Shown here: positions 40,002-48,810 of the stretch, piece after piece
Numbering within the stretch: the stretch's first letter is position 1
Layout of the letters: each line of letters begins with the position of its first letter
Translations under genes and position numbers: made by a program
Notes under the pieces: model-generated
The model's database searches: none
What the model saw: the letters and a program-made list of their open reading frames with translations, nothing else
Told to the model about the DNA's origin: nothing
Assembly (NCBI GenBank): GCA_963722445.1
Contig: CAVRMZ010000001.1
Coordinates: forward strand, 7,535-71,534
Reading direction: 5' to 3'
Length of the DNA stretch: 64,000 nucleotides
Source: an uncultured Bacilli bacterium
GTDB taxonomy: Bacteria > Bacillota_I > Bacilli_A > RFN20 > CAG-826

Positions 40002-41207
40002 ATGGGAAATAAAAAAAGCCTCGTCTATTTCCAGTCGGGGGGACCCACCGCGGTTATTAATTCTTCGCTTTATGGCGTGATCAGCGAAGCCAAAAAACAC
40101 ACTGAAGAACTCTTTGGTGTTTATGGCTCTCTTCATGGGGTGGAAGGCCTCATCAAAGACGAGATCGTGGATTTGGGCGACGAAGATCCGAAAGAAATCG
40201 CCTTGCTCAAGCAAACCCCAGGGGCCGCATTAGGGTCCACCCGGACAAGGCTGCCCTCGGATGGCGATCCCTTATTTCAAAAAATCGTGTCCACGATAAA
40301 GCGCCATGAAATTGGTTATATTTTGGTCAATGGGGGCAACGATTCCATGGACACCTGCGCTCGCTTAGCTCGGTTTTTCAAGAACAATTCCATCGACGTC
40401 AAGATTTTAGGAATTCCGAAGACCATTGATAACGACCTCTTGATCACCGATCATTCTGTGGGATATCCTAGCGCCGCTAAGCACATCATGAACAGCCTCA
40501 AGATGGCGGTTCTTGATGCCAAAGCCTACCGAAAAGGGAAAGTGCTGCTGGTGGAAATCATGGGGCGGGACACCGGATGGCTCACCGCTGCGGCGGATTT
40601 GTTGCCAGAAGGGGAACGTCCTGATTACATTTATCTTCCGGAAATGAAATTTTCTTTGGACCAGTTTTTAGGGGAAGTGAAAGCCACCTATGAGCGCCAG
40701 GGCTATTGTGTCGCCGCTATATCGGAAGGCTTGCCGATGGTTCATATCAATGAAGGGCGAGTCGATTCTTTTGGCCATCAGTCCCTCGAAGGGGTCTGCC
40801 TTTCTCTTGCCGGTTGCATTTCTTCGCGCTTGGGAATCGGCACCCGAACCTTCGAACTGTCGCTTCCTCAACGGGCGGATCCGATGCTCGTCAGCGCAGT
40901 GGATCGGAGCGAGGCTATCCGAATTGGGAGTTTTGCCGTCAAGAAGCTTTTGGAAGGCGAGACGGGGCAAATGGTTTGCATCCAGCGGCTTTCTTCCTCG
41001 CCCTATAAGTCGAAGTTTATTTTTGCTCCAGCGGAAGTCATTGCGAACCAAGAAAAGAAAATCCCTGCAGATTGGCTTTATGATACGACTCGATTAAGCG
41101 ATTCTTTTCGGAAGTATCTCGCACCCCTTGTTCAAGGAGAAGTCAAAGTCGAATGCAAGGACGGCACGTTTTGCTCCGCCCATCTTCAGCTCAAGCGCGT
41201 TAAGTGA
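40002..41207 (+). CDS. 6-phosphofructokinase (PfkA family; phosphoryl donor ATP vs PPi not resolvable by eye)
   Basis: 401 aa. YFQSGGPTAVINSS, VNGGNDSMDT and GIPKTIDNDL. GGNDS replaces GGDGS, which hints at the PPi-type clade. Confidence 0.85.
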   Translation: MGNKKSLVYFQSGGPTAVINSSLYGVISEAKKHTEELFGVYGSLHGVEGLIKDEIVDLGDEDPKEIALLKQTPGAALGSTRTRLPSDGDPLFQKIVSTIKRHEIGYILVNGGNDSMDTCARLARFFKNNSIDVKILGIPKTIDNDLLITDHSVGYPSAAKHIMNSLKMAVLDAKAYRKGKVLLVEIMGRDTGWLTAAADLLPEGERPDYIYLPEMKFSLDQFLGEVKATYERQGYCVAAISEGLPMVHINEGRVDSFGHQSLEGVCLSLAGCISSRLGIGTRTFELSLPQRADPMLVSAVDRSEAIRIGSFAVKKLLEGETGQMVCIQRLSSSPYKSKFIFAPAEVIANQEKKIPADWLYDTTRLSDSFRKYLAPLVQGEVKVECKDGTFCSAHLQLKRVK

Positions 41208-41265
41208 TTTAAACCTTAACTCTTTAAAATAGAAAGTTCCTTTTTGGAGTGGAAGGCTTTAACAA

Positions 41266-41294
41266 TTGATAGGTAAAATGCTCGATGGTATAAT
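41266..41294 (+). promoter_or_regulatory. consensus sigma70/SigA promoter for the tRNA cluster
   Basis: TTGATA, a 17-nt spacer, then TATAAT. It ends 9 nt upstream of tRNA-Cys. Confidence 0.7.
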
Positions 41295-41303
41295 CCACTC
41301 GCT

Positions 41304-41377
41304 GCATCCGTAGCCAAGCGGTAAGGCAGGTGACTGCAACTCACCAACCGACGGTTCGATTCCGCCCGGATGCTCCA
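41304..41377 (+). tRNA. tRNA-Cys (GCA)
   Basis: Acceptor GCATCCG/CGGATGC. Anticodon arm GGTGA-CTGCAAC-TCACC. T-loop TTCGATT. Encoded TCCA end. Confidence 0.8.
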
Positions 41378-41388
41378 AAAAAAGATGG

Positions 41389-41417
41389 TTGCTAACCAAA
41401 AGTTAGTGAACTATAGT
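41389..41417 (+). promoter_or_regulatory. candidate internal promoter before tRNA-Arg
   Basis: TTGCTA, a 17-nt spacer, then TATAGT. Confidence 0.4.
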
Positions 41418-41448
41418 GTTTAGGCTATCTTCTCGGGTAGCCCAAAGT

Positions 41449-41525
41449 GCGCCAGTAGCTCAGCTGGATAGAGTAGCAGACTACGAATCTGCGGGTCACG
41501 GGTTCGAATCCTGTCTGGCGCGCCA
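41449..41525 (+). tRNA. tRNA-Arg (ACG)
   Basis: Acceptor GCGCCAG/CTGGCGC. Anticodon arm GCAGA-CTACGAA-TCTGC. T-arm CGGGTTCGAATCCTG. Encoded GCCA end. Confidence 0.9.
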
Positions 41526-41529
41526 ATCT

Positions 41530-41607
41530 CGGGATGTAGCGCAGCTTGGTTAACGCGTCTGGTTTGGGACCAGAAGATCGCGAGTTCAAATCTCGCCATC
41601 CCGACCA
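41530..41607 (+). tRNA. tRNA-Pro (TGG)
   Basis: Acceptor CGGGATG/CATCCCG. Anticodon arm TCTGG-TTTGGGA-CCAGA. T-arm CGAGTTCAAATCTCG. Encoded ACCA end. Confidence 0.9.
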
Positions 41608-41614
41608 AGTTGCC

Positions 41615-41650
41615 AAAAGCCGCCGATAAAATGGCGGTTTTTATTTTTTG
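41615..41650 (+). terminator. rho-independent terminator after tRNA cluster
   Basis: Hairpin AAAAGCCGCC-GATAAAAT-GGCGGTTTTT followed by ATTTTTT. Confidence 0.7.
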
Positions 41651-41994
41651 GGTATAAATTTTGGGCATAAACCCCCTTTTTTGTTGACGAAGTTTTCGGC
41701 CTTGTTATATCTCTCCTTAAAAGAACGGCTTGCCTTCTATTGATTTTTCGCAAAAGAAAAAACAGGTTCGGCGGCCCGGATTCTCGCTCTCCACAGGACT
41801 ACTTTACGCCGGCCTTACGATGATGGAGAAGGGTTTCAAAAAAAAGCATCGCAGAGGCCCTGAACAATTTGCCGGACGGACAGAAATTGACTCTCCTTTG
41901 AATAGTTCAAAAAGATAGGGGCTCTAAATTTGAAAATTGAAAACAGCCCTCAACGGGAACCATTTTGCTTTTTGGATGGCCTAAAGCCCATAGG

Positions 41995-42525
41995 TCATTT
42001 ATCAGGTTTTTTCTGATTTTTGCGCAGCGATTCCTGCCACTCATCCAGAAGCTTCAGCCAGGTGAAGCGCTTGTGGAGCTCGAACCAAGCGATCCCATTG
42101 ACGAGGGCGAGCGGGAGCCAGACCGCGAAGTACCACAGCATGTCCATGCTGATCGTCATCTGGCCGCCGTCGGCCTCATATCTCGTGTGGAAGGCCGCGT
42201 CGGCCATCATCCCGGCGAGAACGAGAAAATAGCAAGCAGGCTCGATGAAGACGTAGCGGCGCTTCCTGATGAGGCGGGCCTTCAGCTGGGCGGACAGCCA
42301 AAAAGCCGCGGCGAGGGCGAAGAGGGCGCCCCAGACGCTGTAAAGGAAATAGGGGAACCAGCCGAAGAACGGCGTCATCTCGTAGCCGAAGAGATGCGCC
42401 AGGGTGCCGAGGGCGAGCGCCGTCACGGGGACGGCGAGGTCGAGGAAGACCAGATGCTTGGTCTCTCGGTGGCTCAGCTTCCCGCCGGCGTCCTGGTCCA
42501 CGAGAAAACTGGTGATTTTCAGCAT
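41995..42525 (-). CDS. membrane protein, function unknown (locally GC-rich)
   Basis: 176 aa with 4 hydrophobic helices. The overlapping ORFs in other frames have Arg/Gly/Glu-rich shadow composition, so this frame is preferred. Confidence 0.5.
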   Translation of the reverse strand: MLKITSFLVDQDAGGKLSHRETKHLVFLDLAVPVTALALGTLAHLFGYEMTPFFGWFPYFLYSVWGALFALAAAFWLSAQLKARLIRKRRYVFIEPACYFLVLAGMMADAAFHTRYEADGGQMTISMDMLWYFAVWLPLALVNGIAWFELHKRFTWLKLLDEWQESLRKNQKKPDK

Positions 42526-42613
42526 GATTTATATTAGAACGTCGGAAACCCATTTCCAATTGGGGCCGCTCAAGGCCTTTAAAGCTTTTTAGAAAAAAGG
42601 AATGAACAAAATA

Positions 42614-43483
42614 TTACATTTGTTTTTTTGAAACGAGGTCTCTTTGTATTTGCTTCTTTGCGGAAACAAAAGCCTCGGTTACGGTTGGATCAAAATGCGT
42701 TCCTTCTTCGGCTTTGATCATGGTAATTGCTTCTTCGAAGCGGTAAGGTTTTTTGTAGGGCCGTTCCGAAATAAGGGCATCGAAGACGTCAGCCACCGCG
42801 ACGATTCTTCCGCTGAGGGGGATTTCCTCGCCTTTTAAGCCTTGGGGATAGCCCTTACCATCCCATCTTTCATGATGGGTGAAGGCGATCTCCGCGGCCA
42901 AAGCCAGATAAGAAGCATCCGGAATTTCGTTCATGATTTTTTCAATAAGGCGCTTTCCCTCCGTTGTATGGGTCTTCATCACCTCGAATTCGGCCGGAGT
43001 CAACTTTTCTGGCTTGTTCAGGATAGCATCTGGAATGGCAATCTTTCCAATGTCGTGAAGGGGAGAGGCGTCAATCAATAGACTGATGTATTCCGGAGAC
43101 AACTGTTTGGGGAATTCCCCGTTTTTAGCAAGTTCCTTGGCAATCGTTTCGGAAAAGAGCGAAACTCGGCGGGCATGCTCCCCCGTCACTTTGTCTCGCG
43201 ATTCAAGAATTTCCGCAAAAGCGATTGTGATTTTTTTGCGAATTCTGGCGATTTCTGGGCTAAGGGGATCCCCACGGAAGACGAGAAGCGAAGTCTGCTC
43301 GGATGCTTGAACCAGGCGGGCTGTTTCATTACGCAGCTTGATGAGTTTCCCGAATTTTTCCAAACCGTCCAAAGATACTTTTTCTCCCCAAGGAATGGTG
43401 GAATCAAGGTACTGAAGTCTTTTTCTTGGGTCTTTTAAGCCAAGTGCCTTCTTAATGATTTCCAGAATTCTACAATCTTCCAT
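42614..43483 (-). CDS. HD-GYP domain c-di-GMP phosphodiesterase
   Basis: HARRVSLFSE, LHDIGKIAIPD, and HHERWDGKGYPQGL (the HD-GYP signature). Confidence 0.85.
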   Translation of the reverse strand: MEDCRILEIIKKALGLKDPRKRLQYLDSTIPWGEKVSLDGLEKFGKLIKLRNETARLVQASEQTSLLVFRGDPLSPEIARIRKKITIAFAEILESRDKVTGEHARRVSLFSETIAKELAKNGEFPKQLSPEYISLLIDASPLHDIGKIAIPDAILNKPEKLTPAEFEVMKTHTTEGKRLIEKIMNEIPDASYLALAAEIAFTHHERWDGKGYPQGLKGEEIPLSGRIVAVADVFDALISERPYKKPYRFEEAITMIKAEEGTHFDPTVTEAFVSAKKQIQRDLVSKKQM

Positions 43484-43528
43484 TCCTGCTTTAACCTTCC
43501 AATTTTTGATACTTTACGTAAAGAACTA

Positions 43529-43657
43529 AAAAGTACACTTTTTTATATGGGCTAGTTTTGAAAAGACAAACATGCATTTTGTAAATATTCTATTGAAATA
43601 TGAGTTTTCGTAAGCGATAATTCTTTGACAAGGGGTTGTATAGATAAGTGTACTTTT
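43529..43657. repeat. inverted repeat pair (19 bp, 2 mismatches) flanking a 91-bp AT-rich spacer
   Basis: Left arm AAAAGTACACTTTTTTATA (43529-43547). Right arm TATAGATAAGTGTACTTTT (43639-43657). The 12-bp core is perfect. It sits in the divergent intergenic region between the HD-GYP and recombinase genes. Confidence 0.4.
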
Positions 43658-43720
43658 GCGGACTTCGGCATTTTTCGTAACCTCGTCGGGGGATAATGTT
43701 TCTCGAAGGCGGGAAAGCGC

Positions 43721-44329
43721 ATGGAATATGGCTACGTTAGAGTAAGTTCTCGGGACCAGAACGTTGCCAGACAGATGGACGACATGAAAAGACTTGGGAT
43801 TCCAAAGGATCGGGTTTTTATCGATTATCAATCCGGGAAAGACTTTGAGCGGAAGAATTACAAAAGGCTTCTTTCAGTGTTGAAGAAAAGCGATCTCGTC
43901 GCGATTAAATCGATTGATCGTCTAGGAAGGGACTATCAGATGATCATCGATGAATGGCGGCGGATCACCAAGGTGATCGGGGCCGATATCCTTGTCATCG
44001 ACATGCCTCTTTTGGATACACGCGAGACCGGTGGCCAAGGTTTGGTTGGACGTTTCATCAGCGACATCGTTCTTCAAATTCTTTCCTTCGTCGCGGAGAA
44101 CGAGCGGACTAACATCAAAGAGCGACAAGCTGAGGGCATTAAGCTCGCCAAAGAGCGGGGCGTGCGATTTGGACGGCCTCGGAAAGGGATTCCAGAAAAA
44201 GCAGGCCTCTTCCTAGAGGAATATCGGAAAGGCGCCATCACGGCTGGGGAAGCTGCCAGAAGAATCGGGATCTCGCGATCCACCTTTTTTAAACTACGTT
44301 CCGAAAAAATGAAAGCAAACAAAAAATAG
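43721..44329 (+). CDS. small serine recombinase (resolvase/invertase, Hin/Pin-like)
   Basis: 202 aa. N-terminal YGYVRVSSRDQN (catalytic Ser), SIDRLGRD, and a C-terminal HTH ARRIGISRSTFFKL. Confidence 0.85.
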   Translation: MEYGYVRVSSRDQNVARQMDDMKRLGIPKDRVFIDYQSGKDFERKNYKRLLSVLKKSDLVAIKSIDRLGRDYQMIIDEWRRITKVIGADILVIDMPLLDTRETGGQGLVGRFISDIVLQILSFVAENERTNIKERQAEGIKLAKERGVRFGRPRKGIPEKAGLFLEEYRKGAITAGEAARRIGISRSTFFKLRSEKMKANKK

Positions 44330-44830
44330 CCTAGATTTTTTCTTCTTTTTCTGTCGTTTTTTCAAAGCAATCAAATCAACAAGAAAAACAAAAAAACAAT
44401 GTAAAATTTAATAAAATCACTATTCGTGTCATTCTTATTTTTATTTTCGTTCAAGACGAATTTTAAAGGAATCAGCAATTTTAATTGACGGTAAGGAAAA
44501 TCAAAGAGAAATTGGCACTAGCCCAGGGATCATTGAAGTAAAACACCAATGTAGAAAAAGCCAGTCGTTTGCTTATTCCAGGCACCATTATCAGAAAACA
44601 AGGAGCCATTTCCGAAAGCGATAACCCCACTACTTAAATCTGCTTCAACTAAGATATCGCTGGAAACCCTTCCTGCAGCCACAGAATAAACCGTATTATT
44701 GCACCATGAGTGGCGTCAAAAGCGAAGGTCTTGGTGCTTGCGGTTGCCACGGCGGCATTTCAAAAACCTGAGTTTTCATAATGAACCGCTGTTTTGCAAG
44801 GATAATGAGGCTTTTTTTCTTGGCCAATCG

Positions 44831-45250
44831 CTAATATGATTCCCCTTTTAAGCCGTTTTGAAGGAACTTGGACAGAATGGTCTTTCGTGTCACGATACCG
44901 ATGAAGAGACCTCGGTCATCGACCACCGGGACGTAGTTCTGCGCGAGGATAACGCCATAAAGATCTTCGATTTCACTTGAAACCCCGACGGTCGCGATGG
45001 TGCGAGTAGGTTTGATCTGAGAAATCGGGCGACGCTCCAACTCGTCGAAATCGAGGCGATTGTCTTTGAGAAACCATAGGAAATCACCTTCCCCAAGGGA
45101 ATAGAGATAGCGGCCCGTTTCTTTATCGAGGACAGGGATTTCTGAGTATTTCCGCTGACCCATTTTTTCAAGGGCTTGGCGAATCGTCATGTCGCCGCAA
45201 AGGAATTCAACTTGATTCTTCGGGGTGAGAAAAGGAAGGATGTTCATCAA
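44831..45250 (-). CDS. CBS-pair domain protein (paralogue of 22563-22979)
   Basis: 139 aa. Colinear similarity to the other CBS protein along its whole length (for example NYVPVVDDRGLFIGIVTRKTIL vs NFVPVVDDDGIFIGIVTRKAVM). Confidence 0.75.
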   Translation of the reverse strand: MMNILPFLTPKNQVEFLCGDMTIRQALEKMGQRKYSEIPVLDKETGRYLYSLGEGDFLWFLKDNRLDFDELERRPISQIKPTRTIATVGVSSEIEDLYGVILAQNYVPVVDDRGLFIGIVTRKTILSKFLQNGLKGESY

Positions 45251-45350
45251 CCGATATTACCATGAGTAGGAATCTTTCGGAAACGAATAATGAAAAATCA
45301 GGCTTTTTCTTTAGGAAAACCAGATATTTGCGATAATTAAGCTTTTGCTC

Positions 45351-45884
45351 TCATTGTGCGCGGCGAATTTGAAGATAACCGATTAAAAAGGAAGCTAAGA
45401 GAGTAAGAAGCAAGATCCCGCCGACAGCAAAAAGCACCCCAGAGTTCAGACGAAAATATTGGCCGCTCTGCCTTCAGCCACCGTCAAAGAGGAACAATCC
45501 CCTAAGAGAAAATAAGCCCCGCTTACGCTAAAAAAAGCGGCTGCGATTTCGATGATTCCCATGATCATCAGCGGAGTCTTCATGTCTTTGAACGTGGTCT
45601 TGGCGGGACAAGCGGTGCTAATTTTAGCTTTTATCGTCAAATTGATGATAGCGTATTGAAGAAAAGCAAATCCTAGAAAGACCAGCGCAATGATGGTGGA
45701 ATCTGCCCATGAAAAGGGGTTCCTTTTTTCGTATAAAATTCGGGTTTCCTTGAGCGGTGGGAAATCGGCGAGGTTCCGGAAAGATGATTCTGCGTAAAAC
45801 GAAGCCCCAAAAAGGCCTCTTTGCCGATGGGAAGATATTACTTGCTTTAAGGATTCGATTGGATCGCTTCGTTTTCATAGCCAA
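45351..45884 (-). pseudogene. frameshifted small membrane-protein gene
   Basis: ATG 45884 (MAMKTKRS...) is in one frame. An adjacent frame stays open for about 143 codons with no start codon until 45640 and encodes TM-like segments (STIIALVFLGFAFLQYAIINL, LMIMGIIEIAAAFFSVSGAYFLLG). A third frame continues with VLFAVGGILLLTLLASFLIGYLQIRRAQ*. Both shifts fall at homopolymer runs. Confidence 0.4.
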
Positions 45885-46239
45885 CTAAAGAAACCGCCAA
45901 TAGTAAAGCGAGGAAAGCAAATGCCGTTGTTTTGTTTTTTTGTCGATATGGCCTTTCGATAAATACTCAGAAAAAGAAGTAAAGGTCTAAAGAAGTTCAA
46001 TGAATAATATCAGGCGATTATCTAGGGCAATCGGTAAAATCCGATATTTTAAAAATGTAAGGGCTTAACAGCGTTTTTCTTCTTTTTATATTTTTGCAAA
46101 TATCCGAAACGATCCTCTCAATTTCGCTTCTTGCTGGGTTATTTTTCCTAAAAAATAAGCCAAAGCCTTGTTCCTGATGCAAAATATAACGATAATTATC
46201 AATAACGTTTTTCTTGCTTTCTGAAAGTGGGGGCTAAAA

Positions 46240-47361
46240 GTGGATTTCATCAAGAAACTGTTTCGAAGCCATCATCCGTACGATTTGCCGAAAAGCGACG
46301 CTCTTTTCGTCAAGGCCATGCGTCAGAACGTAACCTGGCACTATGCACACTGCCCCGATTACAAAAGGATTCTCGATGAGCAAGGCTTTTCTCCTGCCTC
46401 CATCCTCGCGATGGCGGACCTCGCTAAGATCCCGCCCCTTCCGACCCTGTATTTCAAGCACCATTACCTCAGCTCCCTTTCCGATAAGAAGATGATCCTC
46501 AAAGCCACGTCAAGCGGAACCTCGGGCCATAACCAATCCAAGATCGGCTATGATGCCTATACGCTATTAAGAGGCTGGGAGATGGTGAAGCGGACTTTCG
46601 CTTATCACAAGATCTGGAGCCTTCGCCCTACCCATTTCCTTATTTTTGGCTATGAGCCGCATCGCGGCAACGACAAGGGAATCGCCAAAACCGCTTGGGG
46701 TTTCACTTTTTCGGCGCCGGCCCTCAGCAAGGACTATGCGATCCGCTGGATGGACGGGAGCTACCAAGTCGATTTGGATAACATCGAGAAGAAACTCGTT
46801 AAATACGCGAAGGGACATCACCCCGTGAGGTCTTTGGGCTTTCCGGCCTATACCTATTTTCTTCTTGAGCAAATGAAAGCCCATGGGATCAAGGTCGTGC
46901 TGCCTCCAGGAAGCCTTTTGACCTTAGGTGGGGGCTGGAAGGAATTCTATGCCCAAGCCGTCTCGAAGCAGGCTTTTTATGATCTGGCCTTTGAAGTCTT
47001 GGGACTGAAGGACAATGCGATCATCGAGTTCTTTGGGGCGGTGGAGCACCCGATTCTGTGGACGGATTGCCACAGCCATCATTTCCATGTTCCGGTCTAC
47101 GCGCGGGTGATTATCCGGGATCCGGATACCTTAGCGCCCGTTCCCTCTGGCCAAATGGGGCTCATCAACCTTTTGACCCCGATGAGCAAGGCCTGCCCTC
47201 TATCGAGCGTGATGACCGATGACTTAGGGATACTTCACGATGAGCCCTGCCCTTGTGGCGTCTCTTCTCCGTATTTGGAGATCGTGGGTCGGGTGGGAAT
47301 CGAGGATATCAAGACTTGCGCGGCGGGTGCTGAGGATCTCCTCAAGGAGCAAAAGAAATGA
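46240..47361 (+). CDS. LuxE-like acyl-protein synthetase (adenylate-forming enzyme)
   Basis: 373 aa. N-terminal region typical of the LuxE family (ALFVKAMRQNVTWHYAHCPDYKRIL). AMP-binding-type loop ATSSGTSGHNQSKI. GTG start with a GGGGG RBS. Confidence 0.65.
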   Translation: MDFIKKLFRSHHPYDLPKSDALFVKAMRQNVTWHYAHCPDYKRILDEQGFSPASILAMADLAKIPPLPTLYFKHHYLSSLSDKKMILKATSSGTSGHNQSKIGYDAYTLLRGWEMVKRTFAYHKIWSLRPTHFLIFGYEPHRGNDKGIAKTAWGFTFSAPALSKDYAIRWMDGSYQVDLDNIEKKLVKYAKGHHPVRSLGFPAYTYFLLEQMKAHGIKVVLPPGSLLTLGGGWKEFYAQAVSKQAFYDLAFEVLGLKDNAIIEFFGAVEHPILWTDCHSHHFHVPVYARVIIRDPDTLAPVPSGQMGLINLLTPMSKACPLSSVMTDDLGILHDEPCPCGVSSPYLEIVGRVGIEDIKTCAAGAEDLLKEQKK

Positions 47362-48614
47362 TTTTGGCCCATGGAAGAATCGTCGAAGAATCGAAACAAG
47401 GAGAGGTCATCGCTTCGTTAAAAGACGAAATCCCTTTGACGTTAGCCCAGGAAGCCTTGAATCCCGAAAAGGTGATCGGGGCTTGCGACCGCCTGTCCAA
47501 GCGGGCGCAGGCAGGGGAGTTCGACGCGATCGCGAAGCCTCTTCTGGGAATGGCCCATCTTTCTTACGAAACCTATTTGTCCTACGCGAAAATGTTCGAT
47601 GGCGAGGGTTTGCGGAAGAAACTGGTCCTTGAAGAGGCAGGCTATCCTCAAGGCGTCGAAGAGGTGAGCCCTCATCTTTGTCGGAAAAGGGTGCCCTTGG
47701 GGGTACTCCTTCATATCGCCGCTGGGAACGTCGACGTTTTGCCAGCCTACTCCGTCATCGAAGGCCTATTGGCGGGCAACATCAATCTCTTGAAGCTCCC
47801 GACGGGGGACAAGGGTTTGTCGGTCACGCTTTTGTCAGAACTCATCAAAGAAGAACCATCTCTTGCCGATTATATCTATGTTTTCGATGTGCCTTCGACG
47901 GAGCTTGAGACGATGAAGGAGCTGGCCCAGATGGCCAACGCGATCGTCGTTTGGGGCGGGGACGCCGCCGTCAAAGGGGTGCGGGGGCTGGCCGAACCGA
48001 ATTGCAAGATCATCGAATGGGGGCATAAGCTCTCCTTTGCCTATGCCACGAGCAAAGCGAGCGATGGGCAATTAGCGAAACTCGCCGCGGATATCTGCCA
48101 GACCAATCAAGTCATGTGCTCTTCGTGCCAAGGAATCTATCTCGACACCGAAAGCGATGACGAAGCGAAGTCCTTTGCCGAACGCTTCTTTGAAATCCTG
48201 AAGAAAAAGAACCTCGAAATGGGAAAGGCTTCCTTGGGCATGCGGGCCAAGGCGGCGCTCAACGTCTACAACGAAAAGCTGGAAGGAAAAAGCCTTGTTC
48301 TTTCGTCCGATGGCGTGAGCGTCATCGTCTATCCGGACGAAGCGCTTACCCTTTCGTTCCTTTTCCGGAATGTTTGGATTCGAAAGCTGCCTGAGCAAAG
48401 GATCATTTCGGTCCTAAGGCCTTATCGCGGATATCTCCAAAGCTGCGCCTTGTGCTCCGAAGGTGAAAAAGCAGGGGCAATCACGGATTTGCTCATCAAA
48501 GCAGGCCTTTGTAGAATTTGCGACGGGGAACTGTCGGCGTTCGCTGAAGGCGAATCCCATGATGGGACTTATCCTTTAAAGGAATATTCGCGGATTGTTG
48601 ACCTCGAGAAATAA
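47358..48614 (+). CDS. LuxC-like acyl-CoA reductase (aldehyde-forming)
   Basis: 418 aa. Start overlaps the LuxE-like stop (ATGA). ALDH-fold-like segments (HIAAGNVDVLPAYSVIEGLLAGNINLLKLP, IVVWGGDAAV) and a Cys-containing QTNQVMCSSCQGIYL. Confidence 0.65.
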   Translation: MILAHGRIVEESKQGEVIASLKDEIPLTLAQEALNPEKVIGACDRLSKRAQAGEFDAIAKPLLGMAHLSYETYLSYAKMFDGEGLRKKLVLEEAGYPQGVEEVSPHLCRKRVPLGVLLHIAAGNVDVLPAYSVIEGLLAGNINLLKLPTGDKGLSVTLLSELIKEEPSLADYIYVFDVPSTELETMKELAQMANAIVVWGGDAAVKGVRGLAEPNCKIIEWGHKLSFAYATSKASDGQLAKLAADICQTNQVMCSSCQGIYLDTESDDEAKSFAERFFEILKKKNLEMGKASLGMRAKAALNVYNEKLEGKSLVLSSDGVSVIVYPDEALTLSFLFRNVWIRKLPEQRIISVLRPYRGYLQSCALCSEGEKAGAITDLLIKAGLCRICDGELSAFAEGESHDGTYPLKEYSRIVDLEK

Positions 48615-48810
48615 GCCAAACGTTCCTTCCATGCTTGAACGCCCGCAGTTTTCTTATAATTCTTCACGGAAAAAAGCGCGCCCGATTTCAACATTTTTGA
48701 TCTTCATCGCGCCTAGACGGCAATAGTCGATCCGCTGTTTTCAAAGAAAAAAGCCATCATTTTAGCTCGGCACTATAATATTTCCATTGTGATCAAACGA
48801 GGCACCGTCC

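Noticed and set aside
41420-41668. 82-aa and 63-aa minus-strand ORFs across the tRNA-Arg/Pro region
   Set aside because: They overlap hand-folded tRNA genes, so the ORFs are artefacts.
41965-42537. 190-aa plus-strand ORF and a 127-aa minus-strand ORF in the GC-rich patch
   Set aside because: They are Arg/Glu/Gly/His-rich with no hydrophobic core. The 176-aa minus-strand frame encodes coherent TM helices and is preferred. I also do not claim horizontal transfer from GC content alone, because other parts of the window (0-4.5 kb, 49-60 kb) are similarly GC-rich.
43526-43831. 101-aa minus-strand ORF upstream of and overlapping the recombinase start
   Set aside because: It is AT-rich intergenic sequence overlapping the recombinase N-terminus, with no RBS or motif.
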